Shown: one piece after another, positions 36,778 through 47,953 of the stretch
How positions within the stretch are numbered: position 1 is the stretch's first letter
How the letters are laid out: every line of letters starts with the position of its first letter
Assembly: GCA_030390025.1 (NCBI GenBank)
Contig: CM059433.1
Coordinates: 23,004,001-23,068,000 of the forward strand
DNA: 64,000 bases
Source of the DNA: Squalus acanthias
Lineage: Eukaryota
Direction of reading: 5' to 3'
Notes under the pieces: generated by a model
What the model was told of the DNA's origin: nothing
Seen by the model: the letters and a program-made list of their open reading frames with translations, nothing else
Database searches by the model: none
Translations under genes and position numbers: made by a program

Positions 36778-37620
36778 GGAATAAAAACAGAAAATGCTGG
36801 AAATACTCAGCAGGTCAGGCAGCATCTGTGGAGAGAGAAACAGAGTTAATGTTTCAGGTTGATGACCTTTCGTCAGAACTGGAAAAAGTTAGAGATGTAA
36901 CAAGTTTTAAGCAAGCACGGAGGCAGGGAAAGGAGGGAGGGGAGGAAAGAACAAAAGGGAAGGTCTGTGATAGGTTGGAAGGCAGGAGCGATTAAATGAC
37001 AAAAGGGATGATTGCACAAATGGTAATGGGACAAGTAAAGAAACAAAAGATGAGTCTAGATGAAGTGTAAATGAGAATAGCAGAATCATCAACAGCTGCC
37101 ATCTGAAAAAATGAGGGCAAAGGTTATGGTCTGAAATTGTAGAACTCGATGTTGAGTCCAGAAGGCTGTAAAGTGTCTTATCGAAAGATGAGGTGCTGTT
37201 ACTCGAGCTTACATTGCACTTCATTGGAACAGTGTAGGAGGCCAAGGACGGAGAGGTCAGATTGGGAGTGGAGCGGAGAATTAAAGTGATAGTCGACCAG
37301 AAGCTCAGGGTCACGCTTGTGGAGGGAATGGAGATGTTCTGCAAAGCGGTCACCCAATCTGCGTTTGGTCTCCCCAGTGTAGAGGAGACCGCATCGTGAG
37401 CAGCGAATACAGTATACTAAATTGCAAGAAGTACAAGTAAATCGCTGTTTCACCTGGAAGGAGTGTTTGGGTCACTGGACGGAGGGAAGGGAGGAGGTAA
37501 AATGGCAGCTGTTGCATGGGATGGTGCCGTGGGAAAGGGAGGGGATGTGGGGGGTGATTGAGGAGTGGACCAGGGTGTCGCAGAGGGAACTGTCCCTTCG
37601 GAATGCTGAAAGGGGAGGGG
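36778..37620 (-). mobile_element. Penelope-like element 3' portion: GIY-YIG endonuclease and 3' UTR with hammerhead
   Basis: FTCTSCNLVYCIRCSRCGLLYTGETKRRLGDRFAEH..HFN; reverse-strand CTGACGAAAGGTCATCAACCTGAAACATTA at ~36847-36876. Confidence 0.88.
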
Positions 37621-38637
37621 CTACCGCGGGGATCAGTGCTTGGACCTCAGCTATTCACAGTCTACATCAATGATTTGGATGAGGGGACCAAATGTAATAT
37701 ATACAAGTTTGCTGATGATACAAAGCTGGGTGGGAATGTAAGTTGTGAGGAGGATGCAAGGAGGCTTCAAGGGGATATAGACAGGCTAAGTGAGTGGGCA
37801 AGAATGTGGTAAATGGAATATAATGTGGAGAAATGTGAAGTTATCCACTTTGGTAGGAAAAATCGAAAAACAGAGTATTTTTTAAATGGTGAGAGATTGG
37901 GAAATGTTGGTGTTCAGAGGGACCTGGGTGTCCTTGTACACAAATCACTGAGGGTTGACATGCAGGTACAGTAAGCGATTGGAGGGGCAAATGGTATGTT
38001 GGCCTTTATTACAGGAGGATTTGAGTATAAGAGTAGAGACGTCTTGCTGCAATTGTATATGGCCCTGGTGGAACCACACCTGAAGTATTGTGTGCGGTTT
38101 TGGTCTCCTTACCCAGGGAGGGATATGCTTGCCATGGAGGGAGTGCGGCGAAGGTTCACCGGACTGGTTCCTGGGATGGGAGGATTGTCCTGTGAGGACA
38201 GATTGAGTAGACTAGGCCTATATTCTCTAGAGTTTGGAGGAATGGGAGGTGATCTCATTGAAACATACAAAATTCTTACAGGACTTGACAGGGTAGATGC
38301 AGGGAGGATGTTTCCCTGGCTGAGGAGTCAAGAACCAGGGGTCACAGTCTCAGAATAAGGGGTCGGCCATTTAGGACTGAGATGAGGAGAAATTTCTTCA
38401 CTCAGAGGGTGGTGAATCTTTGGAATTCTCTACCCCAGAGGGCTGTGGAGGCTCAGTCGTTGAGTATATTCAAGACAGAGATTGATAGACTTTTGAATAT
38501 TAAGGGAATCAAGGGATATGGGGATAGTGCAGGAAAGTGGCGATGAGGTAGAAGATCAGCCATGATCTTATTGCATGGCGGAGCAGGCTCAAAGTGCCAA
38601 ATGGCCTACTCCTGCTCCTATTTCTTATGTTCTTATG
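37621..38637 (+). mobile_element. CR1 LINE RT 3' fragment
   Basis: GSVLGPQLFTVYINDL..FADDTKLGG through the 3' UTR and TTCTTATG tail; in-frame stops. Confidence 0.92.
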
Positions 38638-39228
38638 GGAGGGGAAGATGGGTTTGGTGGTGGGATCACACTGGAGGTGGATGTAAGCTATCGTGCGATT
38701 TTTTTCCAACACTATAAATTGATAAATTAGGTGGCACCACAGCAAGGTACAACCAGAAAATAAACAGTGATCAGCCATGAAATCTGATTCAAAGCCATTT
38801 CATCATGATCTTTTGTTGCTAGATTTGATTCAAATTGTATTGATGGTCACACTCTAAAGCCTTGAGTATCCTTTGATGGATCCTCAAATAATACCCTCCA
38901 CTCCACAAACCTGTTTTCTGTTGGGTTCAAACCAACAATTTCTTATAGGCCTGAACCAATTTTCTTGGATTGCATTAAGATCGTGATACAGTATTTGCGT
39001 TAAAAGTGTAGATCCATAATCATTGATGACATCCTGATATCCTGAAGCATTCAATTGGTGTTTCTATAACTGATGACAGTGTTGGAATATGGATTTTTTT
39101 TGGAAGGCTCAGAGTGATTGTTAGGCAAAGAATTGTCATTATTTGCAATTGTTTACCACTTTCCTTGGCATCCCTCAGTTATTTCCTTTGGAATCCTGTT
39201 GGCTTTATCAATGCTGTTTACCATTATG

Positions 39229-39439
39229 AGAAGTCGCACAACACCAGGTTATAGTCCAACAGTTTTATTTGAAATCACGAGCTTTTGGAGCGCTGCTCCT
39301 TCGTCAGGTCTCTTTACCTGACGAAGGAGCAGCCACTCCGAAAGCTCGTGATTTCAAATAAAACTGTTGGACTATAACCTGGTGTTGTGCGACTTCTCAT
39401 TTTTGTCCACCCCAGTCCAACACCGGCATCTCCGCATCA
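39229..39439 (+). mobile_element. Penelope-derived hairpin insertion (family A)
   Basis: ~84-bp inverted arms 39226-39309 and 39316-39400; TSD TGTTTACCATTATG at 39215-39228 and 39440-39453. Confidence 0.85.
39314..39351 (+). ncRNA. Minimal hammerhead ribozyme motif
   Basis: TTAC-CTGACGA-A-GGAG-cagcca-CTCC-GAAA-GCTC-GTGA: conserved cores, helix II, short helix I, AGCT palindrome at helix III. Confidence 0.65.
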
Positions 39440-41472
39440 TGTTTACCATTATGTCAGAGCGAGCCTTTGACTTAGTGGTAGCATTCCCGCAGAAGGTGCA
39501 GGATTCAAACCCCACTCTAGAAAGTCCCGACGAGCGGAGTTGCGGCCCTGAATTCTGAGTTGACATCCAGTGGGGTGCGCACATTTGGTGGGTGTTGGTG
39601 GGCTCCCCTTATTGTACGGGTTGTGGGAGCTCCTAAAACCATCCCGCTGTATGAAACTAACCACCCTATTGGCTGGTATAAAAGTGGTTATGCCCATGGA
39701 AGGAGTGTTCATGTCATGGCCTGTCTGTAATCCGCCTATGAATCGTTCTACTACTTTACACTATTCGCAAAGGGAAGATACGAAAACAACATTCATTACG
39801 TCAAGTTCAAGAGCATATTGCCCCTTTTCTGTGACACCATTCACTGCTGTGGTTTTATGAAACCTAGCAAGTTCTTGATAATGAATGACAGTGAAGGAAC
39901 AGTCTGAGGTAGTACAGAGAATGATAGATTAATTTTCCCCTCATCCAGAGTCCTTTATCACAGATAAACAACTTCAAAGGATGATGGAACATGGCTACAA
40001 TGTGCTGTCAATTCCTGACTTTTCTGCTTTTAGTTTGATGCAGAACCTCTGACAGCTTGTCAGACATCAAATTACAACAGGAATGTCCTGTAAGTCTTCA
40101 AAAAGAAATGCAGGATTTAAAGATAGAGCTTAACTATGAAACTGAAAGCCATCCTCATTTCCTATCATGCATCCAGAATAAAATGAGTTTTCCTTTTTTC
40201 AAGTTTGGCAAATACTTTAGATCAGAGAAGAACCAAAGGACCAAGGATCATTAGTTGCTGAGGTGTTAGAAGACGAGACAGCTTTTAGAAAAGTAGATAA
40301 GCTATCAATATTGTTGTACTACTAAAGTGATTTAATCCACTATAAAAGTTGCTTTCCTTATCCCCTAATGCCACTTCCACCTGTCAGTTTTTGTGGGTAA
40401 AATATGACTTTTACAAATGTCATGGGGCTGCACCAGATATTCTCTTGTGTTTAGTGTCATTGGTCACTCCCGTCAGTGAGCACATCTTCTACAATCCAAA
40501 TTGCATCCTTATAGCCCACGATCTACTTAATGAGAGTGCCCCCCAAGGGTTATTACATAAAACTCTTGTTACGTGTGCCGGCTACGATGAATTCGTACAC
40601 GCTGAAAAGTATTCTAGCTAGTGGAGATGCAAATGTAAATGAACATACTGATTTATTTGACATAAAATATGTGAATGAACAGAATACAGTGTTCACAGCA
40701 AGATTCATTTGTTTCCTACCACTTATTATACCTTAAAAATAAACAAAATGCAGCTCTGCCTTTGTTGTTGATGAAAACCCACTTTCAAGCTAGTTAATCT
40801 CAAGCTAATTCGTCATATTTCCATCTGTTACAGACTGTGCCCATTCGTACACCAGCCTCTAGTCTCTCTGCATGTCTGACTAGAGAGAGAGAGATTTTTC
40901 TCTTGCCTAGGTCTCTGGTTCTTCCACCCACGCTGACTAAAAACAAAGGAAACCTTCTATGTTAATGGTCAAATATCATCTCTTAATGATATGGCAATTT
41001 GCTGATTGACCCCTGTGGTGCCCCCACCCCCCATTACTTAAAGCTACTGTAACATGCAAAATTTGACAGTCTGATGGCTGTTCGATCTGTTGCCCAAACT
41101 GAGAACCATTCTATCACCAAGACGTGATCTGTGTTGGAATGTATCAAATGATTTCCCATTGTTTCCTAATTAACATCCTAACTGGCTCTCGTAATAACCT
41201 GGATTTCAGGTCAGTTGGCTTTAAATGTTCAGTCCAAAATGCTGCATTTAATATATCAAAAATATTATAAATTGACAAAAGCTTAGATTGATTGAGATGC
41301 AGTAAAACAGTTGGCAAAGCTTCAATGTAAAATTAATTTGATAATGAAAATGATCTTTGATAATGTACCAAACAGAACATCTGGAACCATGATCACAGTA
41401 TCCTCACTCCCAGATTTATCTTCTGTGTGGAATTAGCTCAGTTTAGTGCAACAATGTAGATGGGTTTTTTTT

Positions 41473-41817
41473 TCAGTGCATTTTTGAGTTTTCCTTGGAG
41501 CTGGTGTACTTGGTCACTGCCTTTGTCCCTTCCAACACAGTCATCTCCCTGGGGAATAGCAGGCGCAGAGCAGTCTGGATCTCCTGGGAGCTGATTGTGT
41601 GGTGCTTGATGTAATGGGTCAGGCGGGAAGCTTCACTCAGGATATGCACAAAAACATCATTCACAAAGGAGTTCACGATGCTCATGGCCTTGGAGGAGAT
41701 GCTGGTGTCGGAGTGAAACTGCTTCATCACTTTGTAGATGTCGATGGAGTAACTCTCCTTCTTCGACCTTCTCCGTTTCTTTCCGTCCTTTGCTGACCCT
41801 CTATTCGAGGTAGATTT
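41473..41817 (-). pseudogene. H2B: Histone H2B pseudogene (5' truncated)
   Basis: [63 protein letters not shown] (41790-41494); AKH deleted; stop read-through; no ATG or stem-loop. Confidence 0.9.
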
Positions 41818-43227
41818 CTAACACTGATGAAATTTAACAGCGTTGATAACTGTTTACATTTGCCGTGTCGCCGGGTAGCATGCCATCTATGGTACCAGTC
41901 CGTGTGTACAGGAACGGAAAATGAATAAATCACTGTCAAATAAAAGTGATTACTGCGTCTTTAGAGTTTAAATATGATGCTGCATTTAGCTCGCTTGAGT
42001 TTTCTTACATTAAACCAACCTGATGTAAAATTAATTCCAAAAAAAAATTCTACTTGAATATAGTGCAGTATCGCGTGAAAACCGTTTATCTCTTGGCTTA
42101 CCAGAGATCAAGGAATAAATGGTAACATGGAGTTGTATCACAAATACTACTTTATTTACATAACTCTACATATGTAAAGAAAATATGATTATCAAAGCAC
42201 TCCCACAGCATTTACAATCACAGTAACAGTGGCTTACTTTGATTTGACATAACTTTTTGTAAACTCTTAAGGCCCTGGTTTCCGTATCCATTATGCGCCA
42301 TAAATTGGTGCACACGGGGTGTAATGGACTGGAAAAAGAGCTGGGGACCCATCACATTGGGTCTGCGCCCTGTTTGTCCATTTTAAATCTGAAAGAGATG
42401 GGAGCCCCATTCAAATAATAAAATAAGGGCAGGATGAGGTAATTTCATGCTGCACGGTATTTTTAAATTTTTGAGCAGCAGGATGCAAATCATTAGTGCA
42501 AATTATGTATAATACATTGGTAGGAGATCAGCTGTAGGTGGTACTTCATTGAAAGAGCATAAGAAGAAGATTCAGTTAGCAATTTAAGGATTTTTCTGGA
42601 CAGTTTTTCACAATTTCTTTCTAACTGCTACTTCGGCTTTCATGTAGTCTTTTTGGTAATTGTTCTGCTGTTTTATTTCCCTGCAGCTCGGCGCCTGTCC
42701 ATCGGGTTTCCTTTCCTTTCAATTTTGTCTGTCACTTCCTGGCCTTTCTGCCAGTGTGTTGAGATGCCTTTTGAGCCTTTGAAAAGGCTGTAAGAATTTT
42801 TGTTCCCCTATTCTGCCACTTCTCTTTAGCTGCTTGCAACTTCAAATTTCACCTTTGCGCAACGTTCTGCTTCTTGCACACATCCAAATCTGCTGCTGGA
42901 TCTGTGAATAAACTGACCCACAAAAATGAAGTGCTATTTCATCACATTACATTCTAGCAAGATTAGCACCAATTCTAAGCCATTTAGAACTGATTTACAA
43001 TTGTATGCTCTCTGCTTAAGCCCACAATACTCATGCAATGGCTTACAACCTCTTTGGCTTCAGAAGTGGTAGTACTATCGAATTTAGCTTGAATCTGCTT
43101 CTGGGGCTGATCTGGATTCATCTTTCTCTCTGATGTGAATGGCATCTAAGCTATGTCTTCGATGATTCCTTATTGAACTTCTTTCATTCCTGGTTTGTCA
43201 AGCATCTTTGCTGTTTCTTCCAGCTTA

Positions 43228-43487
43228 TGATGCGGAGATGCCGGTGTTGGACTGGGGTGGACAAAATTGAGAGGTCGCACAACACCAGGTTATAGTCCAA
43301 CAGTTTTATATGAAATCACAAGCTTTCGGAGCTATCGATTGCCCCTTCCTCAGGTGAAGTAAATAGATACAGAATTCTGTATCTATTTACTTCACCTGAG
43401 GAAGGGGCGATCGATAGCTCCGAAAGCTTGTGATTTCAAATAAAACTGTTGGACTATAACCTGGTGTTGTGCGACCTCTCAATTTTG
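43228..43487 (-). mobile_element. Penelope-derived hairpin insertion (family A variant), loopless 230-bp palindrome
   Basis: Palindrome 43260-43489 centred on GAATTC with two mismatches; TSD TCTTCCAGCTTA at 43216-43227 and 43488-43499; CTGAGGA..GAAA cores on both strands. Confidence 0.88.
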
Positions 43488-44810
43488 TCTTCCAGCTTAC
43501 CCCAAGTATGAATTTATACGCTCGGTTTGGTGTTCGGCTCAAATACTTCTTAAAATAAACACTATCATTGTAAAAAAAAATGAATATAAAATAACCCAAA
43601 CTTTATTAGATCAATCACCTAAAACATATTTTACAAAACAAAAAAGGCCCTTAAAAATCTGCAGCCGTTAAGGCAGAATCCCACCATAGCTTCAGCGGGA
43701 CTCCACCAGCACAGCTGCAAGGTTGGATCCTGGCCTTGTGCTTTCGGATCTGGAAAGGCCTTGCTGGAGCAGAGCCTCCTCCCACCTCTTACAAGATCTT
43801 TGACGTAAGGTGGAGGTGAGACTGAGACCAGGAACTCACAGTTCCTGTGTCTCAGGCTTTCTTTGGGACTTGGCATATTGTCGGTCGAGATACACCTGGT
43901 GAGACCAGATGTACCAGCTGATCATGGGGCAGATGTGGGCATCTGGGATCCATGTATGGATGGTGGCCTGGACCTCTGAAGATGAAATTCATTTTTATTT
44001 GAATAATGACTTTATGAATCACTGGAGCAGCTGCAGGATATTTCTGGGTGTGATGGAAAACCTGGCCTGGACTCTTTGGTTGGACTTTCTGGTCTCTTTG
44101 GTGGCAGATGGAGCACCCAGATACGCCCCTAGCTTATCGAAAACATTCAAATCGCAGGACCTACCCCTGACTCTCTGAACTTTTACTGGGTCAGCACCAT
44201 GATGTGCCACTTTCCAGGTTCTTAAAGCCAAACTTTCCTTTTTGGGTTTTGTGTTCCAACCATCCCCAGTTCCTCTTCACTCTCTAGTGCCCTTGTTCGG
44301 AAGGTGTGCATGTAACGGTCAAGTGAGGACAGGATTAGGCTCACTTGTAAGTTCTTCCCCCCCGCCACCCCTTGCCCTAAGTCAAATTGCTTGCTGCTGT
44401 CACCATCCAAGCTGAGACGTAAAGACTGGCCACGTAAGCAAAATACAAGGAAGTTGTTGGCACCGAACCTCAGCAAGAGGAGGCCAGAAAAAACAAACAG
44501 GTTATGATTCCTGGAATAGCTGACATACCATTTTGGTAATTGTTGCAAACATGAGGATCTGTCTCGCTTCAATGCAGAGAATATTTACATTGTATAATTT
44601 TATAGGAATGTGCAGCCATGGCAGTATTGTAGCAATTTTTATAATGTCTTCTGTGATTGCTTTCTGAGAGATTACTGTTGTCTTTGTGAAGAAGAGCATA
44701 CACAAGTGGTCTGGATTTGACATTTTGTGCAGGAGATGGGGTGTAAACAGTTTCTCATTCGGTCCAGATTGTTTGGCCAGTCAGCTCAAGCTTATATGTT
44801 AAGATATGTA

Positions 44811-45370
44811 GGGGTAGAAATTGAACCTTGTTGCGCCCGTTTTGCGAGCGTAAAACAGGCGCACCGAGGGCCAATTTTGGGGACCAACATCCCGCGCCCA
44901 AGTGAGGACTAAAAGATGTCCGACCCAATATTAGGTTGGCCCATTTTTCAGATGTTCCTGGCGGCTGCCTAAAACAGGCGTAAGGCCTTTTACACATGTA
45001 AATGTGGGGACTAACACCTGTTTTAGGCCCTTTCTGAGAATTTAAACATCGCAGAACGGAGCAGGAATGGGGCTTACTTCGCTTCAGATTCTTCAGGGAA
45101 CACTGCAGCCACCATCAAAAGGTTAGTTTTGAAGAACAAAATATTTTAAAAGAACATTCCTGTGGAGCCAGGAGGAAGAAGACTACTCCCCCGACTCCAC
45201 GGCATCTGAATAACTTCCCCCTGTTGTCGCACCACTCCCCCCTCTTGGGACTTACCTTGGGCCACTGCCAGCTGGGCAAGCGGCCTGAAATTAATCTTTT
45301 TAAAATAGCTGAGCTGTCTGTGGAGGATGAAATTAGAGCATTTCTGCCTCGGAAACATGCAATTTCTGAG
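44811..45370. mobile_element. Harbinger-type non-autonomous element
   Basis: Left terminus GGGGTAGAAATT; GC-rich subterminal region; right end uncertain. Confidence 0.45.
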
Positions 45371-46867
45371 AAGATAATTTCACGAGGTCACAAGGTAGGT
45401 TAGGATGAAGCAAATGTTTCAGCCCGTTGGTTTTTGTCATTACAGAATACCAATTCTACAGTCTGCCCATTACACAATCTAGCTTCTTCTGAAATGGAAC
45501 CAGTGTCCAGTCCCCAATCACCCTGACAACCCATTGCAGCTGTTGTTCGCCCTTGGTATAAAGAAATGCTTCTTGAAATCTGTCCTAAATCTGGCCTTCA
45601 CAATGCTTAACTTTTACCTCCTTGTCCTGCTAAAACCAAGCTTAGACTATTCAGTGAATTTATTTATTTAACGGTGAAATAATACTCAGAAGCCAAATGA
45701 TATGTCAGCAACAGAACTTTTGAATCAGACAGTTAGGTTTATCTTTTGTAGATCTTCCGATGTTGCATAAGGACAATGGGAATCTCAGTTCATCCACAAA
45801 GTTCACATCTTTAGCCAAAATTAAAGCTAAGTGATCAGAACTGTGATTCGTGCCACGCAATGCTGCTCATGATGGACCCCTTTCCTTGGCATGAGCAGAC
45901 AGCGGGCTAGATTGTGGCTCCATGAGGTTTTCGGTATGTTGGCTGGCACTGCCCGATTGAGCTGGCAGGATGCCCGGTCCAGTTTGAGGGCTAGGCCTCA
46001 TTAACATATAGCCGGTAGGCAGTGGAAAATGAGCGCACCAGGGCATCCCGCTAGCTCCAGGCCGCCACAATATTGGGCGGCATCGCAAGCCTCCAGAGCC
46101 TCAAAAAGGTAGATCCGGGGGATGTGACCCGGACTAGCAGCGGCCCATTTTCCTTTTGTGGATCCCACGGAAGCATTCCTGCCCCTCCCGACCCCAAAAA
46201 ATTAATACAAACTTACCTTCTGGGCTCCTTTTTGGTTGGACCGCCAGCTGAAACTGTGCGGAGTATGCAATGCACACACGCTGCCAGTGGAGTCCTAAAA
46301 TGGCAATTGGGGTCCTATATAAGTCATAGGACCGCGAATTACATATTAAAAGAGGCTACCACCAGACCCAGCTGGGTGCTCCAGATGCCCAGCTCTTGGG
46401 AATATAGCGTCAGCCACATGGTTGGCAGGAATGGGCCGGTAAGTTATACCTCACCATGATCAGGGCTCTACCGTCCTGTTTCCACCACACAGGAGGCCTC
46501 AACATCTCCCCAGGGCAAGTAACGGTTCTTACACTTTATGCACCTTTGCTGGAAGTGCAGCGAAACCATGTTTACATACATAAAAGGGATTTTTACTGCA
46601 CTTCCAGTGAAGTGGCGAGGAGGATCAGAATTCCCTGGCCATTATTTTCAAGGCAAATTTAAGAAAAATGACTCGGTAATGACTCAGTATGCATCCAGGA
46701 GATAAACTGTACTGAACTTCAAATTTCCTTCACCGGTACAATAATTCTGACAGTTGTCCCATCCTTTTTAATCAGGGAAATTGCTTTTACGATTTCCTCC
46801 CAAGTCTGTTTTTCTCATTGCATAGAGTGAGCAGTACTAATAAGCTCTTGATGCAAAAAGACATCTT

Positions 46868-47659
46868 GGGCTGGATTTTGTGAATGGAGGCAAGTTGGAG
46901 GCGGGACAATGTCAATGTCCCGCCTCCATCCTCGCCTGACCAACCAGAGGGATTTTCCCCTGATTGACCTTGTTAAGCCCGCCCTGCGGGCTCAGCAGGC
47001 CAATTAGGGAGGAAGTCACTGACAGAGCATGTCAACGTCAGATGTGCTATCTGTCAAGACTTCTTGAAAGAAGAAATGTCAGCGTTTGACAGCTCTGTGA
47101 AGCTGTCAAACACTGACATTCTCTTTAGTTTGATGAGTCCTTGTGTTCAGGACTCATCACACCTTTCAGATTTGTAAATTTCACATGGCTGTTGGTACGG
47201 AGGTTCCAACAGCCAGTCTGTGAAATTGACAAGGAGGATGTCGGCTCTCCCGATCCACCGTGGCTAAAGGCTGTAGAAAGAAAACAAGGTAAGTGAACAC
47301 TTTTTTAAACTTATCACTCACCTTGCATACATACCACTCCACACTTGCACCCATCACTCACCTCTACACCTTACTTCCAGGTGCCTCCGACCCCCATAGA
47401 CCTCCTGCTCAACTCCTCCAACCCGGCGGGGTTCTCAGAGGTCGGGAAGCCTTCACCTGTGAAGGTAAAATGACACTAATCCTTTTTTCTGCCTGTTAAC
47501 CACATGCACCCCGGGATACATGGGCCTCTGCGCATTTCCAAGAGGAGAGGCCCAGGATCGGAAGCCTCCGTATCTCCGGGACCAGCAGGTAGGTTCGTAG
47601 ATTTTTTGCTGATCGGAGGCATCCGCCCACAGGAAGCCTCCGATCGGAAATTCAGGGCC
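46868..47659. mobile_element. Harbinger-type MITE
   Basis: Termini GGGCTGGATTTT / GGAAATTCAGGGCC; right end resembles the reverse complement of the left end of 8057-8813; several internal hairpins at 47020-47230. Confidence 0.65.
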
Positions 47660-47953
47660 ATTGTTTGAGCTGCCCACTATGTTGCAGCTTCCGCCATTTT
47701 GGAAACATCACTCTGGCATGGAGAATGATGGGTTGCTAAAGTTAGGCCTATGCATTTCACTTAAGCTCATATCCATATTTAGCAAGGTTACATTAAAGAG
47801 AAAAAAAATCAGCAAGAGCACACCCAACCTTGTAATAAAACATTCTAACAGAAGAGGAGTTTTTAGCCGTATTGTTTTTCATTTCCACACAAATATTAGC
47901 ATTTCTCACAAATATTTTTCCAAGTTTACAATTTTTCCAGTTTATTATATCAA

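Noticed and set aside
38760..39210. Decayed Penelope RT C-terminus on minus strand
   Set aside because: Only a vague L..L..GY..I resemblance among many stops; not supportable by eye
39700..40540. Decayed transposase or gene on plus strand
   Set aside because: Short open frames with no recognisable motif
40568..41398. Solo LTR (TGTTAC...ATCACA)
   Set aside because: Ends are plausible but no TSD or second copy could be found
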